Shown here: positions 28,745-37,519 of the stretch, one piece after another
Layout: every line of letters begins with the position of its first letter
Position numbering within the stretch: the stretch's first letter is position 1
IMG/VR virus record: IMGVR_UViG_3300031998_000070
Coordinates: 3,713 to 67,712 of that record
Direction: 5' to 3' (one strand)
Source of the DNA: a virus
Lineage: Duplodnaviria; Caudoviricetes
Length of the DNA stretch: 64,000 nucleotides
Notes under the pieces: model-generated
The model's database searches: none
Seen by the model: the letters and a program-made list of their open reading frames with translations, nothing else
What the model was told of the DNA's origin: nothing
Made by a program: the position numbers and the translations under genes

Positions 28745-30862
28745 ATGGATGAAAGATTTACCAATTTCTATGTTGACTATAATATAGAAGATACTACAGC
28801 AAAAGAAGATGCATCATTCAGCACCACAGATAGTCAGCAGCAACAGACGAATATTGATAGGTTAATCTATAAGAATACTGAAGTTAGTTCACCATATTTT
28901 TCATTTGAGCATAACTTCAACATTCTTAATGGTACGAATACAGAAATGCCTGTGGATCCTAATAATGCCTACACATTCATTAATGCTACACTTAATCAGA
29001 ATTCAATATTGTTTGTAGAATCGACAGACGGCACCATTCTTGTTAACAGTACCAGCGAAGTTCCAATAGAACACAACCCTGCATACTACTCTAGAAATTT
29101 GGCTTTAACCGCTGGGACTTGGTACATTAGTGGATGTCCTTTGGGTGGAAGTGATGATACTTATTGCTTAGAAGTTAATAACGGAGAATATAAAGACTAT
29201 GGAGACGGAGTAAGTATTACACTGAATGCGGCATCCACTGTTAATATAAGAGTGAAGATAGCATCAGACTTTTACGCATATGATGTATTATTTACTCCTA
29301 TCGTATCGCAAAAAGAAGGACCATATGTTACAGATATAATTCCATATTTCAACACACAGCTTAGCGATATAAATGGAGAATATGATACAGATCCAAAGTT
29401 CGTAATAGACTTTACACGAGAGCATGCTTCCTACGCATTTATGATGCAGTTTATAGATGCTCATCCATTGAAAGCCAGATTAACTTTCTACAACTTAGAT
29501 GATGAAATACTTAAGATAGTAAATATAGATATTAAGACTAATCTAGTGCTTATCCCAGAAGATGTATTTGGGTATGCTAAAATAATAGTAGAATTCCCGA
29601 ACACATTGCCACAGCATTATGTTAAGATGAAATCATTCTACTTCGGTGTTATGATTACATGGGATGAAACAAACGTAAAAGAGGGAACAATAGTTCAGGA
29701 GACAGACCGAATATCAAAAGTATTATCCATTGATACACTTTCCTTTAGAGTAATTGATGTAACTAATGACCTTAACTTAGGAAATGTTGATGGAATGCAC
29801 AAATACTTCCAGAAGAATCAATATATGTTGCCTTATGAGATAGTAAACGGCAAAAAGATACGACTTGGAAAGTATTACTTGAAAACATTTTCAGAATCAT
29901 CTAATTTAGGTAAGATGACAGCACAGAGCTATGTTGGTATTATGGACGATAATATGTTCTATGAAGGAGAAGTGTACAACGGAAAGATAGCTGGCGAGGT
30001 AATAGAGCAGATATTTGAAGTGCTAGGACTTACAGATTACACAATAGACAATGAAACATATAATCAACCATTGTATGGAACAATTACACCTAAGTCCTGT
30101 AGAAAAGCTCTTAATGAGATATTATTTGCTTGTAATAGTATAATTAACTCTCACGACATGGATAACATTATAATTAAGAAGACTAGTCAGATTCGTAGAC
30201 CTGATATACCAAGAGATAGTAAGTTCTCTACAACTGTAACAAAGAATGATTACACATATGGAGTAGAGGTTAAATATACAACCTATACGAAGGAAGAAGA
30301 AAGCAAAGAGATTGCTAGAGGAGAATACGCACCAGGAAATTATACTGTATATTTCACACAGCCTTATGCAGATTTAAGTATTACAGGAGCAACTATAACA
30401 ACAGCAAGACCCTACTATGTGCAATTTGCTGTAGCATCCGAAGGAGAGGTTGTTATAAGCGGATACGCATATTCAACAGTGCAGAATACAGTTAATGCTA
30501 CTCAGCCTAAATTGTTGGCAGGCGAAGAAGAAAAGTTTGCAACATATACGACGAATCTTTGCAACATGGAGACATCCATAGATCTGGCAAAGAAGTTGCT
30601 TACATACTTGAATCTAAATCTTACCATTAAAATTAAATGGCTTGCTGATGGAAATGATATGAATGATTTCCATATAGTACAGAATCCAAATGAAGATTTC
30701 AATGATTACAGTGCTGTGTTTACCAAGAGGACATTGGATCTAACGGGAGGATTCATAGACACCGCGACAATGGCAGGAAAATCAATACTTGATGATTATT
30801 ACAAGTATACGAAGGAAGAGGAAGAATATGAACTGTATACAGGAGAGGAGGGTGTAATTTAA
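28745..30862 (+). CDS. baseplate hub / tail protein with an inserted beta-sandwich
   Basis: 705 aa after Dit; GTITPKSCRKALNEILFA; insert GTWYISGCPLGGS. Confidence 0.65.
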   Translation: MDERFTNFYVDYNIEDTTAKEDASFSTTDSQQQQTNIDRLIYKNTEVSSPYFSFEHNFNILNGTNTEMPVDPNNAYTFINATLNQNSILFVESTDGTILVNSTSEVPIEHNPAYYSRNLALTAGTWYISGCPLGGSDDTYCLEVNNGEYKDYGDGVSITLNAASTVNIRVKIASDFYAYDVLFTPIVSQKEGPYVTDIIPYFNTQLSDINGEYDTDPKFVIDFTREHASYAFMMQFIDAHPLKARLTFYNLDDEILKIVNIDIKTNLVLIPEDVFGYAKIIVEFPNTLPQHYVKMKSFYFGVMITWDETNVKEGTIVQETDRISKVLSIDTLSFRVIDVTNDLNLGNVDGMHKYFQKNQYMLPYEIVNGKKIRLGKYYLKTFSESSNLGKMTAQSYVGIMDDNMFYEGEVYNGKIAGEVIEQIFEVLGLTDYTIDNETYNQPLYGTITPKSCRKALNEILFACNSIINSHDMDNIIIKKTSQIRRPDIPRDSKFSTTVTKNDYTYGVEVKYTTYTKEEESKEIARGEYAPGNYTVYFTQPYADLSITGATITTARPYYVQFAVASEGEVVISGYAYSTVQNTVNATQPKLLAGEEEKFATYTTNLCNMETSIDLAKKLLTYLNLNLTIKIKWLADGNDMNDFHIVQNPNEDFNDYSAVFTKRTLDLTGGFIDTATMAGKSILDDYYKYTKEEEEYELYTGEEGVI

Positions 30863-31395
30863 TGTCATTCAACAATAACCTTGGATTGCCTGATAACTAC
30901 ATGACATCTAATAATTCTATCATAAGTTATGGTGAAATAGACTTTTACTGCATATTTGATAGAACACAGGCAGATGTTGATAGAGTTGAATACCTTACTC
31001 GCGTAATATTAGCACACGAGAATACCGAAGAAGAATTTGAAGAATACCAGCAAGACCTAAAAGGTGCTCTTAATTATTCGGACCTGGAGAGGATAGAAAA
31101 CAACATAACATTATTAGCTTCTTGGATTGGATTGCCTCTGGAAGATATGTCTCGCAATGTAATACCTAGAATACCGTACTTTATTAACTTGCTTGAAAAT
31201 GTTAAAATTATTAGAGAGAGTCCTTACCATTATACTTCTTCACCACAGGTTCCGGATATGCCATTAAACACCTACCAGAAAATAAATGACATAGAAAGAA
31301 TCCTGTATAATGCTTATTGGATGTGGCTAAAAACAACAGGAGCATTCTACTATTGCGGTGATGAGTTGTATGCTGATGGATTAGGACTAATATAA
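30862..31395 (+). CDS. baseplate-associated protein
   Basis: IFDRTQADV, KGALNYSDLERIE and INDIERIL. Confidence 0.55.
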   Translation: MSFNNNLGLPDNYMTSNNSIISYGEIDFYCIFDRTQADVDRVEYLTRVILAHENTEEEFEEYQQDLKGALNYSDLERIENNITLLASWIGLPLEDMSRNVIPRIPYFINLLENVKIIRESPYHYTSSPQVPDMPLNTYQKINDIERILYNAYWMWLKTTGAFYYCGDELYADGLGLI

Positions 31396-31408
31396 GGAGG
31401 AAGGAGAT

Positions 31409-32323
31409 ATGAGCTTTGTTAAGAAGACATGGAAAGACAGACTAAGTGAATTTGCCCGCAGATATACAGTTGCTTTTGAAGGAGAAAATGCTAGAAATGC
31501 TACAATTACTCTTAATGACGGAACTGTATCTCAAGAAGGTGATAAATTCAATGCAGCTACGATGAACGATTTAGAAAACCGAATAGAAGCAGCATTTGAA
31601 AGTATACCGAGTGCTGGAGTCAATAGTTTCAATGGAAGAACAGGAAATGTTCTTCCTGATTCTGGTGACTATACTTCAGGTCAAATAACTCACGTTAATA
31701 CAGACGATAGTGAGAGTGATGTAAGAACTGAGATTAATGACACAAAATCCAGATTAGAAACAGGTGGTCAAAATAGTACCGAATTCTATTTCGACTATCA
31801 GGGTGGTAAGTATGGGTGGAATGAAAATTCTGCGCGGGGTGCTGGTACATTTCACCCTTTTAAGCTTCCCGTCACTGATACCAAGACTATTACATCTAAG
31901 ACTACAACAGACCTTGGAGAAGACCACACATACAGGTATATAGATACGACGGGAGTAGCCAATACCAATACAGAGACCTATGCATTTCCTGCTAATGATA
32001 CTGGAGGAACTAAAGACCTTGGAGCGAGCAATGACTATAGGTATGTAAATGCACAAAATGTATATACCAAAGGAAAAGCAGATGGTCAGACCACCAAAAC
32101 TTTCACAATAACATCAAGTGTTAATGTATCTGCCTCATCAGTACCTTATATTCAAGCTTCTCGAGGAACTGCAACATTGAGTGCTAGAATAACGGTCACT
32201 GGAAATACTGTGACTGTTAATTCGTTCAGCTTGTCGGCATACTGCTATTCAGAATCTGATGAAGGAAGTCCACATTATAAAACCTCAAATACAGCTACAA
32301 CAAATAGCTACACACTAAGCTAA
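31409..32323 (+). CDS. tail fibre / receptor-binding protein 1
   Basis: MSFVKKTWKDR, QEGDKFNAATMNDLE, VNSFNGRTG and a T-rich C-terminus. Confidence 0.65.
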   Translation: MSFVKKTWKDRLSEFARRYTVAFEGENARNATITLNDGTVSQEGDKFNAATMNDLENRIEAAFESIPSAGVNSFNGRTGNVLPDSGDYTSGQITHVNTDDSESDVRTEINDTKSRLETGGQNSTEFYFDYQGGKYGWNENSARGAGTFHPFKLPVTDTKTITSKTTTDLGEDHTYRYIDTTGVANTNTETYAFPANDTGGTKDLGASNDYRYVNAQNVYTKGKADGQTTKTFTITSSVNVSASSVPYIQASRGTATLSARITVTGNTVTVNSFSLSAYCYSESDEGSPHYKTSNTATTNSYTLS

Positions 32324-32338
32324 GAAAGGAGATAGACG

Positions 32339-33016
32339 ATGGCTTTCACTAAGAAAGAATGGAAAAACAGAGTAAGTGATAACCCTTATAGAAGAAAGCT
32401 CACACCCGTAGGAGGAGGAGATGCGTATCTTGTAGACGTTCAGCGTAATGAAGGAACCATACTTCAGGAGGGTGATGCTTTCAGTGCTGCTAATATGAAT
32501 GACTTAGAGGATAGAATAGAAGCAGGAATCGGCGATTCTGCTCAATCACCTATAATTGCCCCAGTAGAAGAGACTGATACTGCTTCACGAGCATATTCAG
32601 TTAATGAGTATCTTGTATATGACTCCAAGCTTTATAGGGTTCGTACAGCTATATCAAGCGGAGGAACATTGGTGCCTGGAACTAATTTGACTGAAGTTAG
32701 TTTGGGAGGAGAAGTACATGATCATCTTGTAACCACAGGAAATATACCTTTTTACTTTGACTATAGAAATGGACAATATGGCTATAATACATCTGCCACA
32801 CGAGGTGCTGATACATTCCACCCTTTTAAGACAGATACGGTTCATTCCGTATATATGTCAATGCAACTATATGCTAACAATGATACTCATAGCATCTGGG
32901 CAAGAACCACTTTGTATGTGGATGGCGCCTCTAAGACAGAAGTATATATCAACTACGGTTGGCCTAGCGGAGGTGGAGGTTCAGAATATGCAACTTCTCC
33001 GACAGTTAGTGTATAA
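32339..33016 (+). CDS. tail fibre / receptor-binding protein 2 (paralogue of the upstream gene)
   Basis: MAFTKKEWKNR, QEGDAFSAANMNDLE and FYFDYRNGQYGYN...RGADTFHPFK. Confidence 0.65.
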   Translation: MAFTKKEWKNRVSDNPYRRKLTPVGGGDAYLVDVQRNEGTILQEGDAFSAANMNDLEDRIEAGIGDSAQSPIIAPVEETDTASRAYSVNEYLVYDSKLYRVRTAISSGGTLVPGTNLTEVSLGGEVHDHLVTTGNIPFYFDYRNGQYGYNTSATRGADTFHPFKTDTVHSVYMSMQLYANNDTHSIWARTTLYVDGASKTEVYINYGWPSGGGGSEYATSPTVSV

Positions 33017-33039
33017 TAGAAAGGAGGATTGGTTTATTT

Positions 33040-33255
33040 TTGAAGATTCGTGACCTTACAGTACCGGAACTTGAAAAGCTCAGGCAACTTTGTAACTTCA
33101 CACCAGACGAAATGGATTGTTTTAATTTGAAAGCAAAAGACAAAACAAACATACAGATATCAATGGAGATGAATATTTCAACAGCACAAGTTTCAAATCT
33201 TACAAGAAGAATTAGCAACAAGATAAAGAAGGTGGAGAAATGGAAAGAGTGTTAA
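33040..33255 (+). CDS. LuxR/GerE-like helix-turn-helix protein
   Basis: FTPDEMDCFNLKAKDKTNIQISMEMNISTAQVSNLTRRISNKI; TTG start after AAGGAGG. Confidence 0.7.
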   Translation: MKIRDLTVPELEKLRQLCNFTPDEMDCFNLKAKDKTNIQISMEMNISTAQVSNLTRRISNKIKKVEKWKEC

Positions 33256-33491
33256 TATTAACAGATGGGACGGAGTTAGAATTTACAGAAGATTCTACTA
33301 TAAATCACTTATATACAGATGTAGATAAGTTCGGACAAATAGATACTTTAAAAAGTAAGCTGACCAGATACAATTTAGCGGAAGCAACATTTGATGGACT
33401 TCCGCTAAAAGATATGGAATTAGATTCCATGGTAGTATGTAATACAAAAGACACTATATTAGTCCATATAATTCTTAAAACTATCATATAG
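33240..33491 (+). CDS. hypothetical protein
   Basis: 83-aa ORF with an RBS. Confidence 0.6.
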   Translation: MERVLILTDGTELEFTEDSTINHLYTDVDKFGQIDTLKSKLTRYNLAEATFDGLPLKDMELDSMVVCNTKDTILVHIILKTII

Positions 33492-33509
33492 AAAAGGTCC
33501 ATTTACTCT

Positions 33510-33544
33510 AAAGACTCTGTGTTAATTGCAGGGTCTTTTATTTT
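33510..33544 (+). terminator. intrinsic terminator
   Basis: AAAGACTCTGT-GTTAATT-GCAGGGTCTTT followed by TATTTT. Confidence 0.65.
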
Positions 33545-33584
33545 GTATAATCACGTTAATACAAAATAACAAGGAGTAAATGGC

Positions 33585-33938
33585 ATGTATAATTTTCAGA
33601 ATATGTATCCGCAACCGCATCCGAATCCTAGCATCATCTGGGTGCAAGGCATTGAAGGAGCTAAAGCGTTTCAGCTAGCACCTAATTCTAATGCCTTACT
33701 AATGGATAGTGAGAACGAAGGAATATTCTATATTAAAACCAGCGACAACGTTGGAATGTGTAACCTTAGGATATTCAAGTATGAGGAAATGTTACAGCAA
33801 CCTGCTACCCAAAAATTAGATTCTGATGAATATGTAAAAAGGTCAGAATTGCCAACTTTAATTGCCGAGATGTTAGGAGAGAACAATGCACAGTCTATTC
33901 AACCAGCTAAACCCGCTAAGTCAAAGATTACCAAATAA
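33585..33938 (+). CDS. hypothetical protein (Cys-rich cassette)
   Basis: Q/P-rich N-terminus then IIWVQGIEGAKAFQLAPNSNALLMDSE...FYIKTSD. Confidence 0.75.
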   Translation: MYNFQNMYPQPHPNPSIIWVQGIEGAKAFQLAPNSNALLMDSENEGIFYIKTSDNVGMCNLRIFKYEEMLQQPATQKLDSDEYVKRSELPTLIAEMLGENNAQSIQPAKPAKSKITK

Positions 33939-34128
33939 TATTCAGAATATGATACAGATGTACAAAGGATTAAATAATCCTCAGCAAATGGTAAATCAAA
34001 TGCTGGAGAAGAATCCACAGCTAAAAGCGATGATACAATCTGCTAATGGCAATCCGGAGCAAGCATTCCGAAATATGGCAAAACAAATGAATATAGACCC
34101 AGACGAATTTATTAAAATGCTTAAATAG
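33886..34128 (+). CDS. N/Q/M-rich helical protein, STI1/DP-like (cassette)
   Basis: NPQQMVNQMLEKNPQL...NPEQAFRNMAKQMNIDP. Confidence 0.7.
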   Translation: MHSLFNQLNPLSQRLPNNIQNMIQMYKGLNNPQQMVNQMLEKNPQLKAMIQSANGNPEQAFRNMAKQMNIDPDEFIKMLK

Positions 34129-34181
34129 TCCATTATTGCGCAAATGGAACATAGATACTATAACTAGAAAGGAGAACAAAA

Positions 34182-34847
34182 ATGGCTATGGAAAATGGTG
34201 GACTCTCTGCTAGCGATGCCTTACTTCTTGGAAGTGGTGGAGCTGGTGGATTTGGAGGAAATTCTTTTATGTGGATTTTCGGATTGCTAATTCTTATGTC
34301 AATGTTTAACGGAGGATGGAATGGCAATGGATTCGCTAATGCTATTGGCTATGAAAACCTTGCAACTTCTAATGAAGTTCAAAGAGGATTTGATAACCAG
34401 AACAGTATGGCAAATCAGAGAGAAATTTTATCTGCGGTAAACGCAGGAACAGCACAGGCAGTAGCAGCAACTAATCAGACATTCCATGACACCCTTGGTA
34501 TAATTCAGAACAGATATGATGAACTTGCTAGAGACATTGCAGGATTAGCAGTAGGTCAGGCAAATCAGCTTGCAAAATCTCAGGAATGCTGCTGTGAAAC
34601 AAAGATGCTTATCCAGCAGAACAACTATGACGGAGCAATGAGAGACGCAGCAACAAATGCTAACTTCACAGCACAGATTCAGTCAGTCAAAGATATGATA
34701 GCTCAGGATAAGATAGAATCACTTCAGAACCAGGTAAATCAGTTACAGCTTGCTCAGGCAGTGTCTGGAGTAGTAAGATATCCTATGCAGTCAACTTATT
34801 GCAGTGGAGCAAATCCATTCTACGGATGTGGATGCTCAGGTGTCTAA
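34182..34847 (+). CDS. Gly-rich, hydrophobic-hairpin, CCCE coiled-coil protein (cassette)
   Basis: GGFGGNSFMWIFGLLILMSMFNGGW, QECCCETK and a C-terminal YCSGANPFYGCGC. Confidence 0.8.
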   Translation: MAMENGGLSASDALLLGSGGAGGFGGNSFMWIFGLLILMSMFNGGWNGNGFANAIGYENLATSNEVQRGFDNQNSMANQREILSAVNAGTAQAVAATNQTFHDTLGIIQNRYDELARDIAGLAVGQANQLAKSQECCCETKMLIQQNNYDGAMRDAATNANFTAQIQSVKDMIAQDKIESLQNQVNQLQLAQAVSGVVRYPMQSTYCSGANPFYGCGCSGV

Positions 34848-34937
34848 GTTAAAAACAACTGAAATTTTTAATTTAGATTTCAGATGCTTTCTTAACTTAA
34901 ATATGTTTAACTTAAAAACCGAGCGTATATAGTACGC

Positions 34938-34980
34938 CTAACTAATAAGAGGGTAGGTATATGCTTATCCTCTTATTTCT
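34938..34980 (+). terminator. terminator-like hairpin inside the cassette
   Basis: AATAAGAGGGTAGG-TATATG-CTTATCCTCTTATT (34944-34977). Confidence 0.55.
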
Positions 34981-34995
34981 ATGAAAGGAGTAATC

Positions 34996-35367
34996 ATGTT
35001 AGAAGCATATTCATTAAATGTAGCAGTTAGTGCTAACAGCAATGTACCTTTTAATTCTACTTCGTTACAGAAAGGTTGCACAGTTACTAGAACAGCACCA
35101 GACACATTCGTTCTTAATAAGTGTGGAGTATATATGGTGTCTGTAGATGCAAGTGCCGCAGCATCAACAACATTACAGCTTTACAAAGATGGTGTTGCTC
35201 AGGAACAGGCACAGAGCACAGGTCTTAATCCTAGCTTCGTAACTCTGGTACAGGTAGGAAAGAATAATTCCTACTGTCCTTGTGCGAGTGGAACAACATT
35301 GCAAGTTCGCAACACAGTTGAAGGAACTCTTACTGATGCGAATATTGCTATCACGAAGGTAGTTTAA
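34996..35367 (+). CDS. beta-sandwich protein, BclA C-terminal/C1q-like (cassette)
   Basis: NVPFN...FVLNKCGVYMVSVDA...LQLYKDG...LQVRNT...ANIAITKV. Confidence 0.6.
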   Translation: MLEAYSLNVAVSANSNVPFNSTSLQKGCTVTRTAPDTFVLNKCGVYMVSVDASAAASTTLQLYKDGVAQEQAQSTGLNPSFVTLVQVGKNNSYCPCASGTTLQVRNTVEGTLTDANIAITKVV

Positions 35368-35368
35368 T

Positions 35369-35599
35369 ATGACGAATCAAGGTTCTGGGAATAATGGGGA
35401 ATGGACATTTTTAGACTTGCTAGGTTTTGCGAGCTTCCTTATTGGACTGCAGAACCTTGATTTAAACATAGACCAGAACTATATGGACGAAATAATTAAC
35501 GATATCCATTCACATTTGCATATGCAGGATGAAAAGATAGACGAGATATTAAGGAGGTTAGAAGATGACAATAGCAGAAATATATTCGAAAATAAATGA
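35369..35599 (+). CDS. hypothetical protein (cassette)
   Basis: WTFLDLLGFASFLIGLQN, then a coiled coil. Confidence 0.65.
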   Translation: MTNQGSGNNGEWTFLDLLGFASFLIGLQNLDLNIDQNYMDEIINDIHSHLHMQDEKIDEILRRLEDDNSRNIFENK

Positions 35600-36137
35600 G
35601 CATATGATTAACGGTCTTATGCTTCATGACCAACTTGCTAATTACTATGATTTTCTGGGATTGGAAGGATACAAACGTTGCCATGAATATCATTATTTAG
35701 CAGAGAATGTGTCTTATAGAAGTCTAAATAGATACTTCATCAATCATCATAACATGCTAATACCAGAAGCCAAGTTCGACAACGAAAGTATAATACCTGC
35801 TGGCTGGTATTCACATAAACGTGAGGATGTAGACAGTTCTACCAAGAAGAATGGAGTAAAGAGTGCCCTGACTAAATGGGTAGAGTGGGAACGCGAGACT
35901 AAGAAGCTATACGAGCAGATGTACCAGGAAGCTATGGACATAGGTGAAGTAGCTAGTGCTAGCAAAATAAAATGTCTTATAACAGATGTTGATAAGGAAT
36001 TAAAGAAAGCAGAACGTTATTGGCTCAATAAAGAAGCCACAGGGTATGATATGGTTTACATTGTAGAAGAACAAGAAGCGAAGCATAAAAAATACAAGAA
36101 AAAGATGGAGGAGTGTTTAAAGGTTCACCTATGCTGA
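35565..36137 (+). CDS. ferritin-like four-helix-bundle protein (cassette)
   Basis: HMINGLMLHDQLANYYDFLGLEGYKRCHEYH...WVEWERETKKLY...DVDKELKKAE. Confidence 0.6.
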   Translation: MTIAEIYSKINEHMINGLMLHDQLANYYDFLGLEGYKRCHEYHYLAENVSYRSLNRYFINHHNMLIPEAKFDNESIIPAGWYSHKREDVDSSTKKNGVKSALTKWVEWERETKKLYEQMYQEAMDIGEVASASKIKCLITDVDKELKKAERYWLNKEATGYDMVYIVEEQEAKHKKYKKKMEECLKVHLC

Positions 36138-36523
36138 ATATTGAAGAGATAAATAATACCATTGAAGAACTAGAGAATGGAATTACCTCCTTTGATAGCT
36201 GCTTAAAACTTGCTTCACTATACATTGTTCGTGAGAACTATAAAAGAGAAGATTTGCCATATGGTAATAGCGAAATAAGAGGTGTTACAGAAGTAGAACA
36301 GGAATTAAATGACATACTCCCACAGTATACTAGATATTGCGACGTGAAACGACAATTTCAGCTAAAATTGGTAGAAAAGTCTTCTGTAATACACTATTTA
36401 GAGTTATTATGTGGAGAAATAAGGGAATTTATAGAGACTCTATACAGTAGCACTGATTTTCCCGAAGAAAGACATATTATAGTAGGAATGTTGACCGAAA
36501 TTAGCAATGAATATAACGAATAA
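36131..36523 (+). CDS. hypothetical helical protein (last gene of the cassette)
   Basis: MLNIEEINNTIEELE...LASLYIVRE. Confidence 0.65.
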   Translation: MLNIEEINNTIEELENGITSFDSCLKLASLYIVRENYKREDLPYGNSEIRGVTEVEQELNDILPQYTRYCDVKRQFQLKLVEKSSVIHYLELLCGEIREFIETLYSSTDFPEERHIIVGMLTEISNEYNE

Positions 36524-36529
36524 ACCCAG

Positions 36530-36565
36530 TAAACAAGTGGCTTTTCAGGTCACTTGTTTATTTTT
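36530..36565 (+). terminator. intrinsic terminator
   Basis: TAAACAAGTGGC-TTTTCAG-GTCACTTGTTTA followed by TTTTT. Confidence 0.8.
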
Positions 36566-36575
36566 ATCAAAAAGG

Positions 36576-36608
36576 TTGTACTTTTTCTAAACATTTAGTA
36601 TAATGTTT
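36576..36608 (+). promoter_or_regulatory. sigma-A-type early promoter, copy 1, with an inverted repeat over the -10
   Basis: TTGTAC-17 nt-TATAAT; AAACATT-tagtat-AATGTTT. Confidence 0.8.
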
Positions 36609-36702
36609 AATGTAAGTATGACATTTCGAATGTGAACACCGTACCGTTTGAGGTGTCGAAAGCCTTGTACATTGTAAATAACACCACATAAGGAGGTACC
36701 AC

Positions 36703-36948
36703 ATGGTAAACAGGAACCCTAGAGTTAGACAGTATATGAAGCGTAATAGACGAACAGTTATTAACAACACGAATGTTCTAAATGTTAGATCAGGTTTAAT
36801 TCAACAGTTGTATAAAGTGATGGATAGGAACAAGGCAACTGAATGTCACATCAATGTTATGTATCAGAACTATATGGAAGTAGATTTATTTGACAAAGAT
36901 GGTAACTGCGTTAGATGCACAGTACCTGTTTACAGCAAGGAGGATTAA
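36703..36948 (+). CDS. small early protein (paralogue of 37315-37518)
   Basis: TVINNT...LYKVMD...EVDLFDKDGNCV. Confidence 0.65.
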   Translation: MVNRNPRVRQYMKRNRRTVINNTNVLNVRSGLIQQLYKVMDRNKATECHINVMYQNYMEVDLFDKDGNCVRCTVPVYSKED

Positions 36949-36951
36949 GAT

Positions 36952-37119
36952 ATGAAGAACATTAGAATTTGGAACCTATTAAAGGCAGGAGATTTGGATG
37001 CATTATATCACGAGAGATGTTTAGATACTGGACTTATTAAGTTAGCAGTTAATAAGGGATGGATAGACACAGATGCAGCAAGCAAATGGAATGCAATATT
37101 GCAAGATGGTTATATTTAA
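36952..37119 (+). CDS. small early protein (55 aa; not in ORF track)
   Basis: AGGAGG RBS; MKNIRIWNLLKAGDLDALYHERCLDTGLIKLAVNKGWID... Confidence 0.7.
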   Translation: MKNIRIWNLLKAGDLDALYHERCLDTGLIKLAVNKGWIDTDAASKWNAILQDGYI

Positions 37120-37131
37120 GGAGGTAACTGT

Positions 37132-37302
37132 ATGATAACACTTAGCAAAGATGTAAGATCCCAGGAATTCACTAAGAATTTTGAGTCAGCAAAAGATGGA
37201 CAGATTTTCGAGTATGAAAATCGTAAGTTCATAAAGCTGACAGGAATGGTAGCATTTGAATTAGAGACTAAAAAACGTTATTTCAGAGCACTTGATTTTT
37301 AA
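37132..37302 (+). CDS. small early protein (56 aa; not in ORF track)
   Basis: AAGGAGG RBS; MITLSKDVRSQEFTKNFESAKDGQIFEYENRKFIK... Confidence 0.7.
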   Translation: MITLSKDVRSQEFTKNFESAKDGQIFEYENRKFIKLTGMVAFELETKKRYFRALDF

Positions 37303-37314
37303 GGAGGATTAGAA

Positions 37315-37518
37315 ATGAGAAAAGCAGTTATTAACACAACCGACGAGAAGCAGATCGATAGCAGAATTGTAAAGGCAATCTACAAGGCAATGGACCAGTT
37401 CGAGGCAGACACAGCAATTATAATGACAGTAGATATAGGTTATGCAGAGATAGATTTGCTTAAGAATGGGAATTGCGTAGAATGGGCATATCCTATAGTT
37501 GTTAAATCGGAGGAATAA
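37315..37518 (+). CDS. small early protein (paralogue of 36703-36948)
   Basis: AVINTT...IYKAMD...EIDLLKNGNCV. Confidence 0.65.
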   Translation: MRKAVINTTDEKQIDSRIVKAIYKAMDQFEADTAIIMTVDIGYAEIDLLKNGNCVEWAYPIVVKSEE

Positions 37519-37519
37519 G

